Of a DNA stretch of 64,000 bases, positions 17,585 through 26,243 are shown piece after piece. The translations under genes were made by a program, and so were the position numbers. The stretch comes from an uncultured Candidatus Saccharibacteria bacterium (GTDB lineage: Bacteria; Patescibacteriota; Minisyncoccia; Phycocordibacterales; PALSA-1337). Within the stretch, counting starts at the first letter, position 1, and each line of letters begins with the position of its first letter. The notes under the pieces were generated by a model, which had not been told where the DNA came from, ran no database searches, and saw nothing but the letters and a program-made list of their open reading frames with translations. Where the stretch lies: positions 209,160 to 273,159 of the forward strand of contig CAZLCD010000001.1 in the NCBI GenBank assembly GCA_964558375.1. The letters are read 5' to 3'.

Positions 17585-19756
17585 ATGATAAAATTATTTA
17601 AAATTACTTCTGTTTGCATTTCGATTGCTATAGTCTTCTTATTATCCCTACCCACCACGACCCATGCCCTCACCCTCACTAGTAGCTCAAATAACCTAGG
17701 TCTCAATGCTGGACTTGTAGGATGGTGGACCTTCGACGGTAAAGACGTGGTCAATGGTAGAGCTTTAGACAAGTCAGGAAATGCAAATCATGGAACTCTC
17801 ACCAACATCTCTACTTCCACCTTCTATACCACAGGCAAGATCGGGCAGGGGTTTAGGTTTGATGGCACCAACGACTATATAACTCTCAGTAACACTTCAG
17901 CAGCAGACATGACAACAAATAACTTCACAGTTTCTCTGTGGCTTAAAACAAATACAACAGCAACAACTCAGTATAGGTTAATAAGCAAAAGAGGTAGTGA
18001 TGGGTATGAGATCTATCTTGGTTCCGGACAAAATGGTCTCGCTGCATACTGTGATACTACTGGAGGTGGATGTTTAAATGATAATAATCTTGGAACGGCG
18101 AGCGTGAGAGATATGAAGTGGCATCATGCTGTAGTTGTGTTTGACCGTAGTGGAAATATGACTGGATATGTTGACGGTAATGTTGGTTCAAGTCCCTCAA
18201 GTATATCAGCTGCAGTAGGCTCTATGACGGTCGCACAAAGTCTAATGATTGGTCAGTATAGTAATGGTGGCGGTGACTATTTCAACGGCTCCCTCGACGA
18301 CGTCCGTGTCTATAATCGAGCACTCTCAGCCACTGAAATCCGCCAACTCTACAACCAAGGAGCAGCCACCAAGCAAGGTGTAGCCCAGAAGGTAACAGCA
18401 ACTTCTACCTGTAGTACAGGACTATCCTGTGGGCTCGTCGGCTACTGGTCCTTTGATGGTAAAGATGTAGTAAACGGTAGAGCTCTAGATAAGTCAGGTA
18501 ATGCAAATCATGGAACTCTTACAAACATCTCCACCTCTACTTTCTATACAACAGGCAAGATCGGGCAGGGGTTTAAGTTCGATGGGGTGAATGATACCGT
18601 AAACATAGCTACAAACATGTTTGCCAACAGGACTGAGTTTTCATTGATGGTGTGGACCAAAAAAACTAAAGGAACTACAGGTTCTGTATTTTCTTCTTCT
18701 AACGGTGGTCCATATTGGAGATTCACTTCTGCAACCACAATATTGCATTATATAGAAAAATCAGACTGTACAGGATCTTCGAGAGGTGTAGCATATCCAG
18801 ATGATGGCAAGTTTCATTATATTGGTTTTACGGTCAGTACAGCTGGACTCGTTAGATTTTATGTAGATGGAGTGGTAGTTGACTCTTATACATATCCTAG
18901 TTGGAATTATGCATGTGCAGATGCTACAGATTGGCGTAGTATCGGTTCTTACGCAGTATCCAATTATTTCAACGGCCTCCTCGACGACGTCCGCATCTAC
19001 AACCGCGCGCTCTCAGCAACCGAAGTCACCCAGCTCTACAACCAAGGTGCAGCAACCAAACAAGGTGTAGCACAGAAGGTAACAGCCACCTCCACCTGTA
19101 GTACAGGACTATCCTGTGGGCTCGTAGGCTACTGGTCTTTTGATGGTAAAGATGTAGTAAATGGAGTAGCGAGAGACAAGTCAGGAGGTAACAATCATGG
19201 TAACCTAGTGAATATCGCCACTTCTACATTCTATGTACCAGGCAAGATCGGGCAGGGGTTTAAGTTTGATGGGGTGGATGATTATGTGAGTGTAGGAAAT
19301 AATACGGTTTTGGCTCCGACAACTGCGGTAACTATTTCTGCATGGGTAAAGCCGTTAAGAAAGGTTGATTCCAGTCACTACTCGGCAATTACATCAAGAG
19401 GTTCTGTTAATTATTTATTTATGATAAGACACGGTGGTGTTGTAGTTTTTTATCTTCCAGGGGTGCAGAACTGGGTTACTAATGACGGCGCAAAAGATCT
19501 CTTTGACGGCCAATGGCACCATGCTCTTGTGACTTATGATGGTAGCTTCCAGCGATTATATATCGATACTACACTTATAAGTTCTAGTGCTATAACAGGA
19601 AATATCACATCAAACTCGAATACAACTCTTATTGGTAGAGATACTACTGGTGCATCAAATTTTAATTTCAACGGCCTCCTCGACGACGTCCGTATCTACA
19701 ACCGTGCTCTCTCCGCTACCGAAGTCCGTCAACTCTACAACCAAGGTAAAAAATAA
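17585..19756 (+). CDS. secreted protein made of three tandem LamG domains; it lacks the family C-terminal tail
   Basis: 'MIKLFKITSVCISIAIVFLLSLPTTTHA' is the signal peptide. Three LamG units each end 'LDDVR[IV]YNRALSATE[IV].QLYNQG'. Linker 'AATKQGVAQKVTATSTCSTGLSCGLVGYWSFDGKDVVNG' occurs twice. The first LamG shares about 350 nt of near-identity with 12040..17562. Confidence 0.85.
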   Translation: MIKLFKITSVCISIAIVFLLSLPTTTHALTLTSSSNNLGLNAGLVGWWTFDGKDVVNGRALDKSGNANHGTLTNISTSTFYTTGKIGQGFRFDGTNDYITLSNTSAADMTTNNFTVSLWLKTNTTATTQYRLISKRGSDGYEIYLGSGQNGLAAYCDTTGGGCLNDNNLGTASVRDMKWHHAVVVFDRSGNMTGYVDGNVGSSPSSISAAVGSMTVAQSLMIGQYSNGGGDYFNGSLDDVRVYNRALSATEIRQLYNQGAATKQGVAQKVTATSTCSTGLSCGLVGYWSFDGKDVVNGRALDKSGNANHGTLTNISTSTFYTTGKIGQGFKFDGVNDTVNIATNMFANRTEFSLMVWTKKTKGTTGSVFSSSNGGPYWRFTSATTILHYIEKSDCTGSSRGVAYPDDGKFHYIGFTVSTAGLVRFYVDGVVVDSYTYPSWNYACADATDWRSIGSYAVSNYFNGLLDDVRIYNRALSATEVTQLYNQGAATKQGVAQKVTATSTCSTGLSCGLVGYWSFDGKDVVNGVARDKSGGNNHGNLVNIATSTFYVPGKIGQGFKFDGVDDYVSVGNNTVLAPTTAVTISAWVKPLRKVDSSHYSAITSRGSVNYLFMIRHGGVVVFYLPGVQNWVTNDGAKDLFDGQWHHALVTYDGSFQRLYIDTTLISSSAITGNITSNSNTTLIGRDTTGASNFNFNGLLDDVRIYNRALSATEVRQLYNQGKK

Positions 19757-19768
19757 TCTAAATGAATT

Positions 19769-22762
19769 ATGAATAGATTTTTTAAATTAATTTTATTTCT
19801 CACTATAATTATCTCAGTATCTCTTTCTACCAACATACCTAACGTATCCGCTAGTCTCACAGATGGACTAGTATCACACTATACTTTCGATGAAGGAAGC
19901 GGAACCACTGCAGGGGATTCTGCTGGGTCGAATGCAGGGACACTTACAAATGGACCGACTTGGGCTACGGGGAAAGTGGGAAGTGGGGCACTACAGTTTG
20001 ATGGAACGGATGATTTTGTAAAGTTAACTTCTCGCATTACATCCCCAGGTACTTTTTCTATGAGTCTATGGTTCTATCCAAAAACGGTATCTTATGCTGG
20101 AGGAGTTTTGATCGGTGGTTTAAATGCAAATTCTCAGATCACTGCAGGTCCTATTGTTACAGTAAGAGACAATGGTGCAGCGGCAACTGATGTAGCTATA
20201 TTAAAACCACTTTTTGCCAATAAATGGCAACATCTAGCTGTGACCCGTGGTGCGAGTAATGCTATTTTAATTTATCTAAATGGAGAAAATGTAACCACAG
20301 GCACTCCGACTTTTTCTATCACAAAATATTGGGATTATATCGGTAGTCGCTCTGATGGTCTATATCCTTTCTCTGGTTCCCTCGACGACATCCGCATCTA
20401 CAGTCGTGTTCTAGATTCTAATGAAATAGAAGAATTAAATGATATGGGTGCAGTTGTAGCTTCTGGGGACACGGAAGCACCTTCCATACCCTCTGGTCTC
20501 ACAGCTTCTCCCACATCACAATCAAAAATCAATCTATCTTGGACTGCATCTACAGATAACACTGCCGTAACAGGATACAAGATATACAGAGGTGGTTCAG
20601 AAATAGCTACCACACCAAATACTTCCTATGAAGATACAGGACTATCTCCTAGTATTCCATACACCTACACAGTACTAGCCTATGATGCTATAGGTAATCA
20701 AAGTGAAAAATCCTCTCCTACCTCTGCAACTATACAATCAGATACTCCTGTCGCAGATACACCTCCACCGGCTGACAATACAGTATGGTACGTCTCACCT
20801 ACAGGAACATCAGCTGGAACTGGTTCCATTACTAGTCCTTGGGATCTACAGACAGCTTTTACTAATACAGGTAAGAAGATAAAACCGGGACATACTGTAT
20901 GGATGCGGGGAGGGGTTTATGGGCTCGGAGGAAATACAGTTTTTGGTCATCGATGGGATGGGTTGAGTGGAACAAGTGGTAATCAAATTACTTTTAGAAA
21001 TTATGCAAATGAGCGAGCTATTATAAATGGATCTATCGCTGGAAGTGGAAATTACCTTACTTTCTTTGGATTTGAAATAATGAATTCAAATCCTGTGCGT
21101 AAGATCAGTACTTTTGATAAGCCAGGAGGGATAAATATAGGTGGTAAGGGTAACAGAGTGATCAATCTGGTTATACATGATGTAGGACATTCACCAATTG
21201 GAGGAATATCCGAAGGAGAAATTTACGGAGTAATAATGTGGGGTAGCGGTATATACGATACAAGCAATCCATTATATCCAAATGGTCTAGCCCGAGGATC
21301 TGGTATGTACCTCCAGAATCGTAATGGAAACTCTTATGTTTCCGATTCAATTTCTTTTAAGCAATTTACGACTGGAATGAAAGCCTATGCACAAGAAGGA
21401 CATGTTAATGGATTTAAATTTGAAGGCAATGTAGTGTTCGATAACAATGATATAAACCTTGAAACTATCGCAATTACAAATCCAGCTAAGGATATTTCCT
21501 GGATAGAAAATTACACTTACACAGATCCTCTTGATATTAAAAAGCCAGCACAGCTAGGATGGGTTTCAAACGATATGATAGATGCAATAGTCAAAGATAA
21601 TTATTTTGTAAATGGAAGTAATCCTAAAGGAGCACTCTTTGTTCATAAATGGAAAGATTTAAATGTGACCGGTAATACTTTTATCTCTCAACGACAAGCT
21701 GCTAACGTTCCAGTATTGTCTTTCGATATGCCTGACACCACGACTTCACATACCTGGAACTCCAACAAATATTACGGAGGCAATTCATCTTCTCTATTTT
21801 TCCTCGACAATGTTGCTAAGACCTTCGATCAATGGAAATCCACCACCGGCTTCGACTCCAACAGCACCTACTCATCATCTCTACCTAGTACCAATGCCAT
21901 TTTCGTAAGACCAAACAAATACGAACAAGGAAGAGCACATGTCATTGTCTATAACTGGGAAAACAAAAACCAAGTAAATGTAAACATTTCAAATATAGGA
22001 CTTCAAACAGGAGACAACTTTGCTATATTCGATGTACAGAACTTCCTAGGAGAACCAGTAATGAGAGGAGTGTATAATGGTCAGTCAGTAGATCTTCCTA
22101 TGAACCTCACCACCATCACTCCTCTCATCGGTAGACAAAACATTACACATTTCAATCCAAACACTCATACAGACAAGAAATTCAATGTCTTTGTTGTCTT
22201 AAAGACCAATGGAGTCTATTCTCAACAGAACTATGTGATCCCTCCACCTCCAGCAAACCTTCCTCCACCCACAGTAGAGATACCCAATCTACCAATTGAC
22301 TTACTAGTGAATGGATCTTGTTCTACACGGTTGAATAGATGCTCAAACGGCACAGTATCTGGTAGAACCTCCAACACTACCCACAATCTCTGGACTTGTA
22401 ATGGTTTAAATGGAGGTACCAACGCTTCTTGCTCTACCTTAAAGACAGTAGAAGATCCTGTAAATCCTATAGCACCTGCAGATCCTTTACCGACTCCTCC
22501 TTCTGCACTAAACCCCCTAACCCCAACCTACACTCCAGCATACACCCCAGCACACACTCCAACACCCTATACCTACAAGAAACCAACCACTTCCACACCC
22601 AAACCAATAGCAGGAACCCCTGATCTCCCACCCTCCCCGTCCTTCGAACCTCTAGACTTCATACCCACCGACTATATACAGATATTACTCGACCTAATTA
22701 AACAATTCTTCATTAATCTTATGGAGAGGATTAAGAGAGGGGTGGAGAGGATAATTGGATAA
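19769..22762 (+). CDS. secreted multi-domain protein: signal peptide, LamG, FN3, parallel beta-helix-like core (pectate-lyase-fold candidate), 4-Cys module, conserved C-terminal tail domain
   Basis: 'MNRFFKLILFLTIIISVSLS' is the signal peptide and LamG ends 'LDDIRIYSRVLDSNEIEELNDMG'. 'APSIPSGLTASPTSQSKINLSWTAS..AVTGYKIYRG' is FN3. Repetitive 'G..N..I..' turns are consistent with a beta-helix. The Cys module is 'CSTRLNRCSNGTVSGRTSNTTHNLWTCNGLNGGTNASCS'. The tail reads '...PDLPPSPSFEPLDFIPTDYIQILLDLIKQFFINLMERIKRGVERIIG'. Confidence 0.85.
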   Translation: MNRFFKLILFLTIIISVSLSTNIPNVSASLTDGLVSHYTFDEGSGTTAGDSAGSNAGTLTNGPTWATGKVGSGALQFDGTDDFVKLTSRITSPGTFSMSLWFYPKTVSYAGGVLIGGLNANSQITAGPIVTVRDNGAAATDVAILKPLFANKWQHLAVTRGASNAILIYLNGENVTTGTPTFSITKYWDYIGSRSDGLYPFSGSLDDIRIYSRVLDSNEIEELNDMGAVVASGDTEAPSIPSGLTASPTSQSKINLSWTASTDNTAVTGYKIYRGGSEIATTPNTSYEDTGLSPSIPYTYTVLAYDAIGNQSEKSSPTSATIQSDTPVADTPPPADNTVWYVSPTGTSAGTGSITSPWDLQTAFTNTGKKIKPGHTVWMRGGVYGLGGNTVFGHRWDGLSGTSGNQITFRNYANERAIINGSIAGSGNYLTFFGFEIMNSNPVRKISTFDKPGGINIGGKGNRVINLVIHDVGHSPIGGISEGEIYGVIMWGSGIYDTSNPLYPNGLARGSGMYLQNRNGNSYVSDSISFKQFTTGMKAYAQEGHVNGFKFEGNVVFDNNDINLETIAITNPAKDISWIENYTYTDPLDIKKPAQLGWVSNDMIDAIVKDNYFVNGSNPKGALFVHKWKDLNVTGNTFISQRQAANVPVLSFDMPDTTTSHTWNSNKYYGGNSSSLFFLDNVAKTFDQWKSTTGFDSNSTYSSSLPSTNAIFVRPNKYEQGRAHVIVYNWENKNQVNVNISNIGLQTGDNFAIFDVQNFLGEPVMRGVYNGQSVDLPMNLTTITPLIGRQNITHFNPNTHTDKKFNVFVVLKTNGVYSQQNYVIPPPPANLPPPTVEIPNLPIDLLVNGSCSTRLNRCSNGTVSGRTSNTTHNLWTCNGLNGGTNASCSTLKTVEDPVNPIAPADPLPTPPSALNPLTPTYTPAYTPAHTPTPYTYKKPTTSTPKPIAGTPDLPPSPSFEPLDFIPTDYIQILLDLIKQFFINLMERIKRGVERIIG

Positions 22763-22765
22763 TCC
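22507..22765 (+). repeat. family 3' tail repeat, copy 3
   Basis: See copy 1. Confidence 0.8.
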
Positions 22766-22873
22766 GCAATTCACAACATTGACTTTCCCTCAATCTTCCT
22801 GTATCTTATTCAATGTAAGTTTTCCTAGTCGCTTACAGTTTATTTATTTAAGACGGGTTAAAAGTAAAAGAAA

Positions 22874-23179
22874 ATGGCAAAGAAGTTATATGTAGGAGGT
22901 ATTTCATACGGCACAAGCGAAGACGCTCTTAAGGCGCATTTCGCAGCAGCTGGAACAGTTGAATCAGCTAGTATTATCATGGACAAGATGACAGGCCGAT
23001 CAAAAGGTTTTGGATTCGTCCAGATGACAGACGATGCTGGTGCAGACAATGCAATCAACATGTTCAATGGTAAGCCACTTGACGGAAGAAACCTTACCGT
23101 CAACGAAGCACGACCTATGGAACCTCGCGCTCCTAGAAAGGATTTCAATCGAGGTGGCGAAAGTCGCGGAAATTGGTAA
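22874..23179 (+). CDS. RRM-type RNA-binding protein (RNP-1 'KGFGFVQM', Gly/Arg-rich C-terminus)
   Basis: 'KLYVGGISYGTSEDALKAHFAAAGTVESASIIMDKMTGRSKGFGFVQM' shows the RNP-2 and RNP-1 motifs of small bacterial Rbp proteins. Confidence 0.8.
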   Translation: MAKKLYVGGISYGTSEDALKAHFAAAGTVESASIIMDKMTGRSKGFGFVQMTDDAGADNAINMFNGKPLDGRNLTVNEARPMEPRAPRKDFNRGGESRGNW

Positions 23180-23214
23180 TACCTTACCGTCTTATTTAGT
23201 CAAAAGCTAAATAC

Positions 23215-23248
23215 AAAAAACACTCAAACGAAAGTCTGAGTGTTTTTT
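23215..23248. terminator. bidirectional intrinsic terminator between the convergent RRM gene (+) and LOG gene (-)
   Basis: 'aaaaaaCACTCAaacGAAAgtcTGAGTGtttttt' has an A-tract, a stem-loop with a GAAA loop and a T-tract. Confidence 0.7.
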
Positions 23249-23267
23249 GTTGGTTATATATTGGAAA

Positions 23268-23981
23268 CTATCCAAGCATGTTTGACCATTCAGACACAGG
23301 AGATCCCTTTATAATTTTTATTGCTTCGTCTATAGAATTGGTAATTACAAAAAGATCAATATCTTTCTCTTCTATAGTATGATGTTCCTTCAACATTGTA
23401 TTCTCTATCATCGCTTTTACTGGATTCCAGAAATCTTTACCGAAGAGGATGATAGGTACAGGAGTGATCTTCTTGGTTTGCATTAAGGTCAAAATACTGA
23501 AGAGCTCATCGAATGTTCCAAACCCTCCAGGGAAGAAAACATAAGCTTCCGCTTCAAAGGTGAGCATAGCTTTTCTTGTGAAGAAATATTTGAAGACCAT
23601 AGAGTCTGTGGCATAAGGGTTCAAATGTTGCTCGTAGGGAAGTGTGATGTTCAAACCAAGAGACATTCCTCCAGCTTCCTTTGCTCCCAGATTGGTCGCT
23701 TCCATAATACCAGGACCACCACCGGTGATGATGCTATAACCTGTTTCTTTTACGATTCTTTCTGCAAGCCGCTTTGCATCGTGATAATGAGAACTAGCGG
23801 TAGTAAGTCTGGATGATCCAAAGATCGTTACGGACTTTGGATATTTTTTCATAAATTCAAAACCTTGTTTGAATTCTTGGGTAATATTATTTACATGCTC
23901 TTCAATACTTTTTGTAATTTCTTCTTCTGTCATTTTTATTTCATTTTGCATGGAAATCATTGTAACATATGTTAATATCAT
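23268..23981 (-). CDS. LOG family protein (cytokinin riboside 5'-monophosphate phosphoribohydrolase / TIGR00730 Rossmann-fold). The true start is probably the internal Met at about 23951.
   Basis: 'ITGGGPGIMEATNLGAKEAGG' and 'FPGGFGTFDELFSIL' are LOG signature motifs. Confidence 0.8.
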   Translation of the reverse strand: MILTYVTMISMQNEIKMTEEEITKSIEEHVNNITQEFKQGFEFMKKYPKSVTIFGSSRLTTASSHYHDAKRLAERIVKETGYSIITGGGPGIMEATNLGAKEAGGMSLGLNITLPYEQHLNPYATDSMVFKYFFTRKAMLTFEAEAYVFFPGGFGTFDELFSILTLMQTKKITPVPIILFGKDFWNPVKAMIENTMLKEHHTIEEKDIDLFVITNSIDEAIKIIKGSPVSEWSNMLG

Positions 23982-25171
23982 TTTATATGAAATTCAACAT
24001 AGAAAAAAAGCTTAAAGGCAGTCGCGGCCGAGTGGGCACTATAGACACTATACATGGGAGCATACAAACCCCAGCTTTTATCGTTGTCGGAACCAAGGCT
24101 ACAGTTAAGGCATTGACCATAGAACAAGTGCAGAGCCTCGGCACCCAAGCTGTCCTTGCAAATACCTATCATCTATATCTTCAACCCGGCGAAGAACTTT
24201 TGAAAAAGGCTGGAGGACTTCACAAATTCATGAATTGGTCCGGACCGACCTTCACAGACTCCGGTGGATTCCAAGCTTTTTCACTAGGTGCGGATTTTGA
24301 TAATAAGGTGGGGAAGATAGCAGACATAAAAATTGAAACTAAAGAAAATAAAAAAGTTTCAGAAGATAGATATGCAAAAGTTACTGAAGAAGGAGTAGAA
24401 TTCAAATCCGTCCTTGATGGAAGCAAACATTTCTTCACACCAGAAAAATCCATAGAGATACAGCACAATATCGGCGCTGATATTATTTTCGCTTTCGATG
24501 AATGCACATCTCCACATGCAAGTTATGAATATCAGAAGGAGGCTATGGCAAGGACTCATAGATGGGCACAGCGTTCTTTGGATTTTCATAAGCAGAACAA
24601 AAAAGCAGATCAAGCACTCTTTGGAATAGTTCAAGGAGGGCGATATCAAGATTTGAGAAAAGAGAGTGCAAAGATTATAGGAGGGATGGACTTCGATGGA
24701 TTTGGAATCGGTGGGTCTTTTGATAAAGAAGATATCTATACAGCTGTAGGTTGGGTCAATGATGTTTTGCCAGAAGGTAAGCCACGACATCTCTTGGGTA
24801 TCGGTGAACCAGCTGATCTTTTTGGTGGAATAGAAAACGGCATAGACACCTTCGACTGTGTGACACCGACACGCATTGCTCGCAATGGAGGTTTGTATAC
24901 ACGAGACGGTAGGATCAATATTTTAAATGCAGAGCATATTACTAATTTTGAAAAAATAGACAATGAATGTACTTGCTACACTTGCACACATTACACTCGC
25001 GCTTACTTGTCACATCTTTTCAGGGCAAAAGAAATGCTCGGCGCAACTCTAGCATCGATACACAACCTATTCTTCATAGTAAATTTAGTAAAAGAAATCC
25101 GAGAGTCAATTTTAAATGAAAACTTTTTTGAATTTAAGGAGAGGTTTCTAGAGAGATATTATAAGAAATAG
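23969..25171 (+). CDS. tgt: queuine tRNA-ribosyltransferase. The probable true start is the Met at 23987 ('MKFNIEKKLKGSRGRVGTIDTIHG').
   Basis: 'RVGTIDTIHGSIQTPAFIVVGT', 'LGIGEPADLFGGIENGIDTFDCVTPTRIARNG' and the zinc site 'CTCYTCTHYTRAYLSHL' are present. Confidence 0.9.
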   Translation: MLISFYMKFNIEKKLKGSRGRVGTIDTIHGSIQTPAFIVVGTKATVKALTIEQVQSLGTQAVLANTYHLYLQPGEELLKKAGGLHKFMNWSGPTFTDSGGFQAFSLGADFDNKVGKIADIKIETKENKKVSEDRYAKVTEEGVEFKSVLDGSKHFFTPEKSIEIQHNIGADIIFAFDECTSPHASYEYQKEAMARTHRWAQRSLDFHKQNKKADQALFGIVQGGRYQDLRKESAKIIGGMDFDGFGIGGSFDKEDIYTAVGWVNDVLPEGKPRHLLGIGEPADLFGGIENGIDTFDCVTPTRIARNGGLYTRDGRINILNAEHITNFEKIDNECTCYTCTHYTRAYLSHLFRAKEMLGATLASIHNLFFIVNLVKEIRESILNENFFEFKERFLERYYKK

Positions 25172-25228
25172 CAGATATATTTTTTCTCTAGGGGCTTTCG
25201 AGGCTGTCGAGCCGAGAACATGAGAAAA

Positions 25229-26227
25229 TTAGATCTCCCTCGGCTTATAGTCCTCCGGCGCCTTCGCAAGCCACCATTCTATGTTCTCATGATTAAGTAA
25301 ACCTTCTTGTGCACCGACATATTGGACAACGGACATAGGGTTCACGGGAGCCCAGACAAGAGCTTCAAGAGGAGACTTGCCTTGCATAAGCGCGGCGACA
25401 AAAGTAGCTGAAAAGGAATCTCCACAACCAGTTCTTTCTACGGGAGGCTTAGGGTCTGGATATACAGGCATAAAATAAAAGTGTTCACCATCAAGCATAT
25501 AAGAACCCTTTGGGCCGTCGGTTATTAAAACAATCTTGGGACCATTGGCATGCATTTCTGATAGAAGAGTCTTGATATCTCTTGAATCAGTGTGAAGAAC
25601 AGTCTGAGCTTCTTCGACATTGCAGATAAAAACCTCAGTACGTTTGTAGATATCTTTTAATTCTTTTATACCAAGCTTAATCTGGAATGTGCCAGGTTGG
25701 AAAGCGAGCTTAACACTTGGACTGTCCAATAAATATTGCGAAATTTCTTTATGATAGTCTTTGGAATTTGAAGCAAGAGAGCTTAGATATATCCATTTTG
25801 GAACTTTCTTGATGGTTGGAAATTTGTAAGGGTATTCTACGTGATTAATAAGGATAGTGCGGTCAACATCGTACCAAAGAACGAAATGATAGTTAGTCGG
25901 CATGCCTTTGTGACTCTTCACATATCTAGTATCAACCTTTTCTTTTATAAGTCCATCAAGGCAATCTTTGCCGTTTAGATCATCACCGATCTGTGAAATG
26001 AGTGCTGAACGGAAACCAAGACGAGATATGGCCACAGCGGCATTTGCAGAGTTGCCGACAGCTTTAATGATCTTTACATATTCAAAAGGAACCTTGTCGC
26101 CAAATTTCATACATAGCTCACACTTTTCTGTATCCACCTTACAATGAACATTGGCCTCTTTTATTCTTATAAAAGCATCAGTTGTAATATCTCCTATTGC
26201 TAAAAAATCAATTGTTTTATCAAACAT
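25229..26227 (-). CDS. PfkB-family carbohydrate (ribokinase-like) kinase
   Basis: 'DFLAIGDITTDAFI' at the N-terminus and 'TGCGDSFSATFVAALMQG' as the anion-hole / GAGD-type motif. Confidence 0.8.
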   Translation of the reverse strand: MFDKTIDFLAIGDITTDAFIRIKEANVHCKVDTEKCELCMKFGDKVPFEYVKIIKAVGNSANAAVAISRLGFRSALISQIGDDLNGKDCLDGLIKEKVDTRYVKSHKGMPTNYHFVLWYDVDRTILINHVEYPYKFPTIKKVPKWIYLSSLASNSKDYHKEISQYLLDSPSVKLAFQPGTFQIKLGIKELKDIYKRTEVFICNVEEAQTVLHTDSRDIKTLLSEMHANGPKIVLITDGPKGSYMLDGEHFYFMPVYPDPKPPVERTGCGDSFSATFVAALMQGKSPLEALVWAPVNPMSVVQYVGAQEGLLNHENIEWWLAKAPEDYKPREI

Positions 26228-26243
26228 ATGTTAATATTATAAC

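Noticed and set aside
11934-17772. Minus-strand ORFs 11934..12131 and 17485..17772, which look conserved because they are 95-aa paralogues of each other
   Set aside because: They are antisense to the duplicated 3' tail and intergenic sequence of the plus-strand genes. Their conservation is a mirror of that repeat, not evidence of coding.
11757-22765. A diversity-generating retroelement (DGR) variable region at the conserved C-termini
   Set aside because: No reverse transcriptase or template repeat is present in the window. Differences between the three tail copies are not adenine-specific. The conserved segment encodes an amphipathic helix rather than a C-type-lectin or Ig ligand-binding fold.
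22858-23148. ORF 22858..23148 (minus, 96 aa)
   Set aside because: It is fully antisense to the strongly supported RRM protein gene and has no motif of its own.
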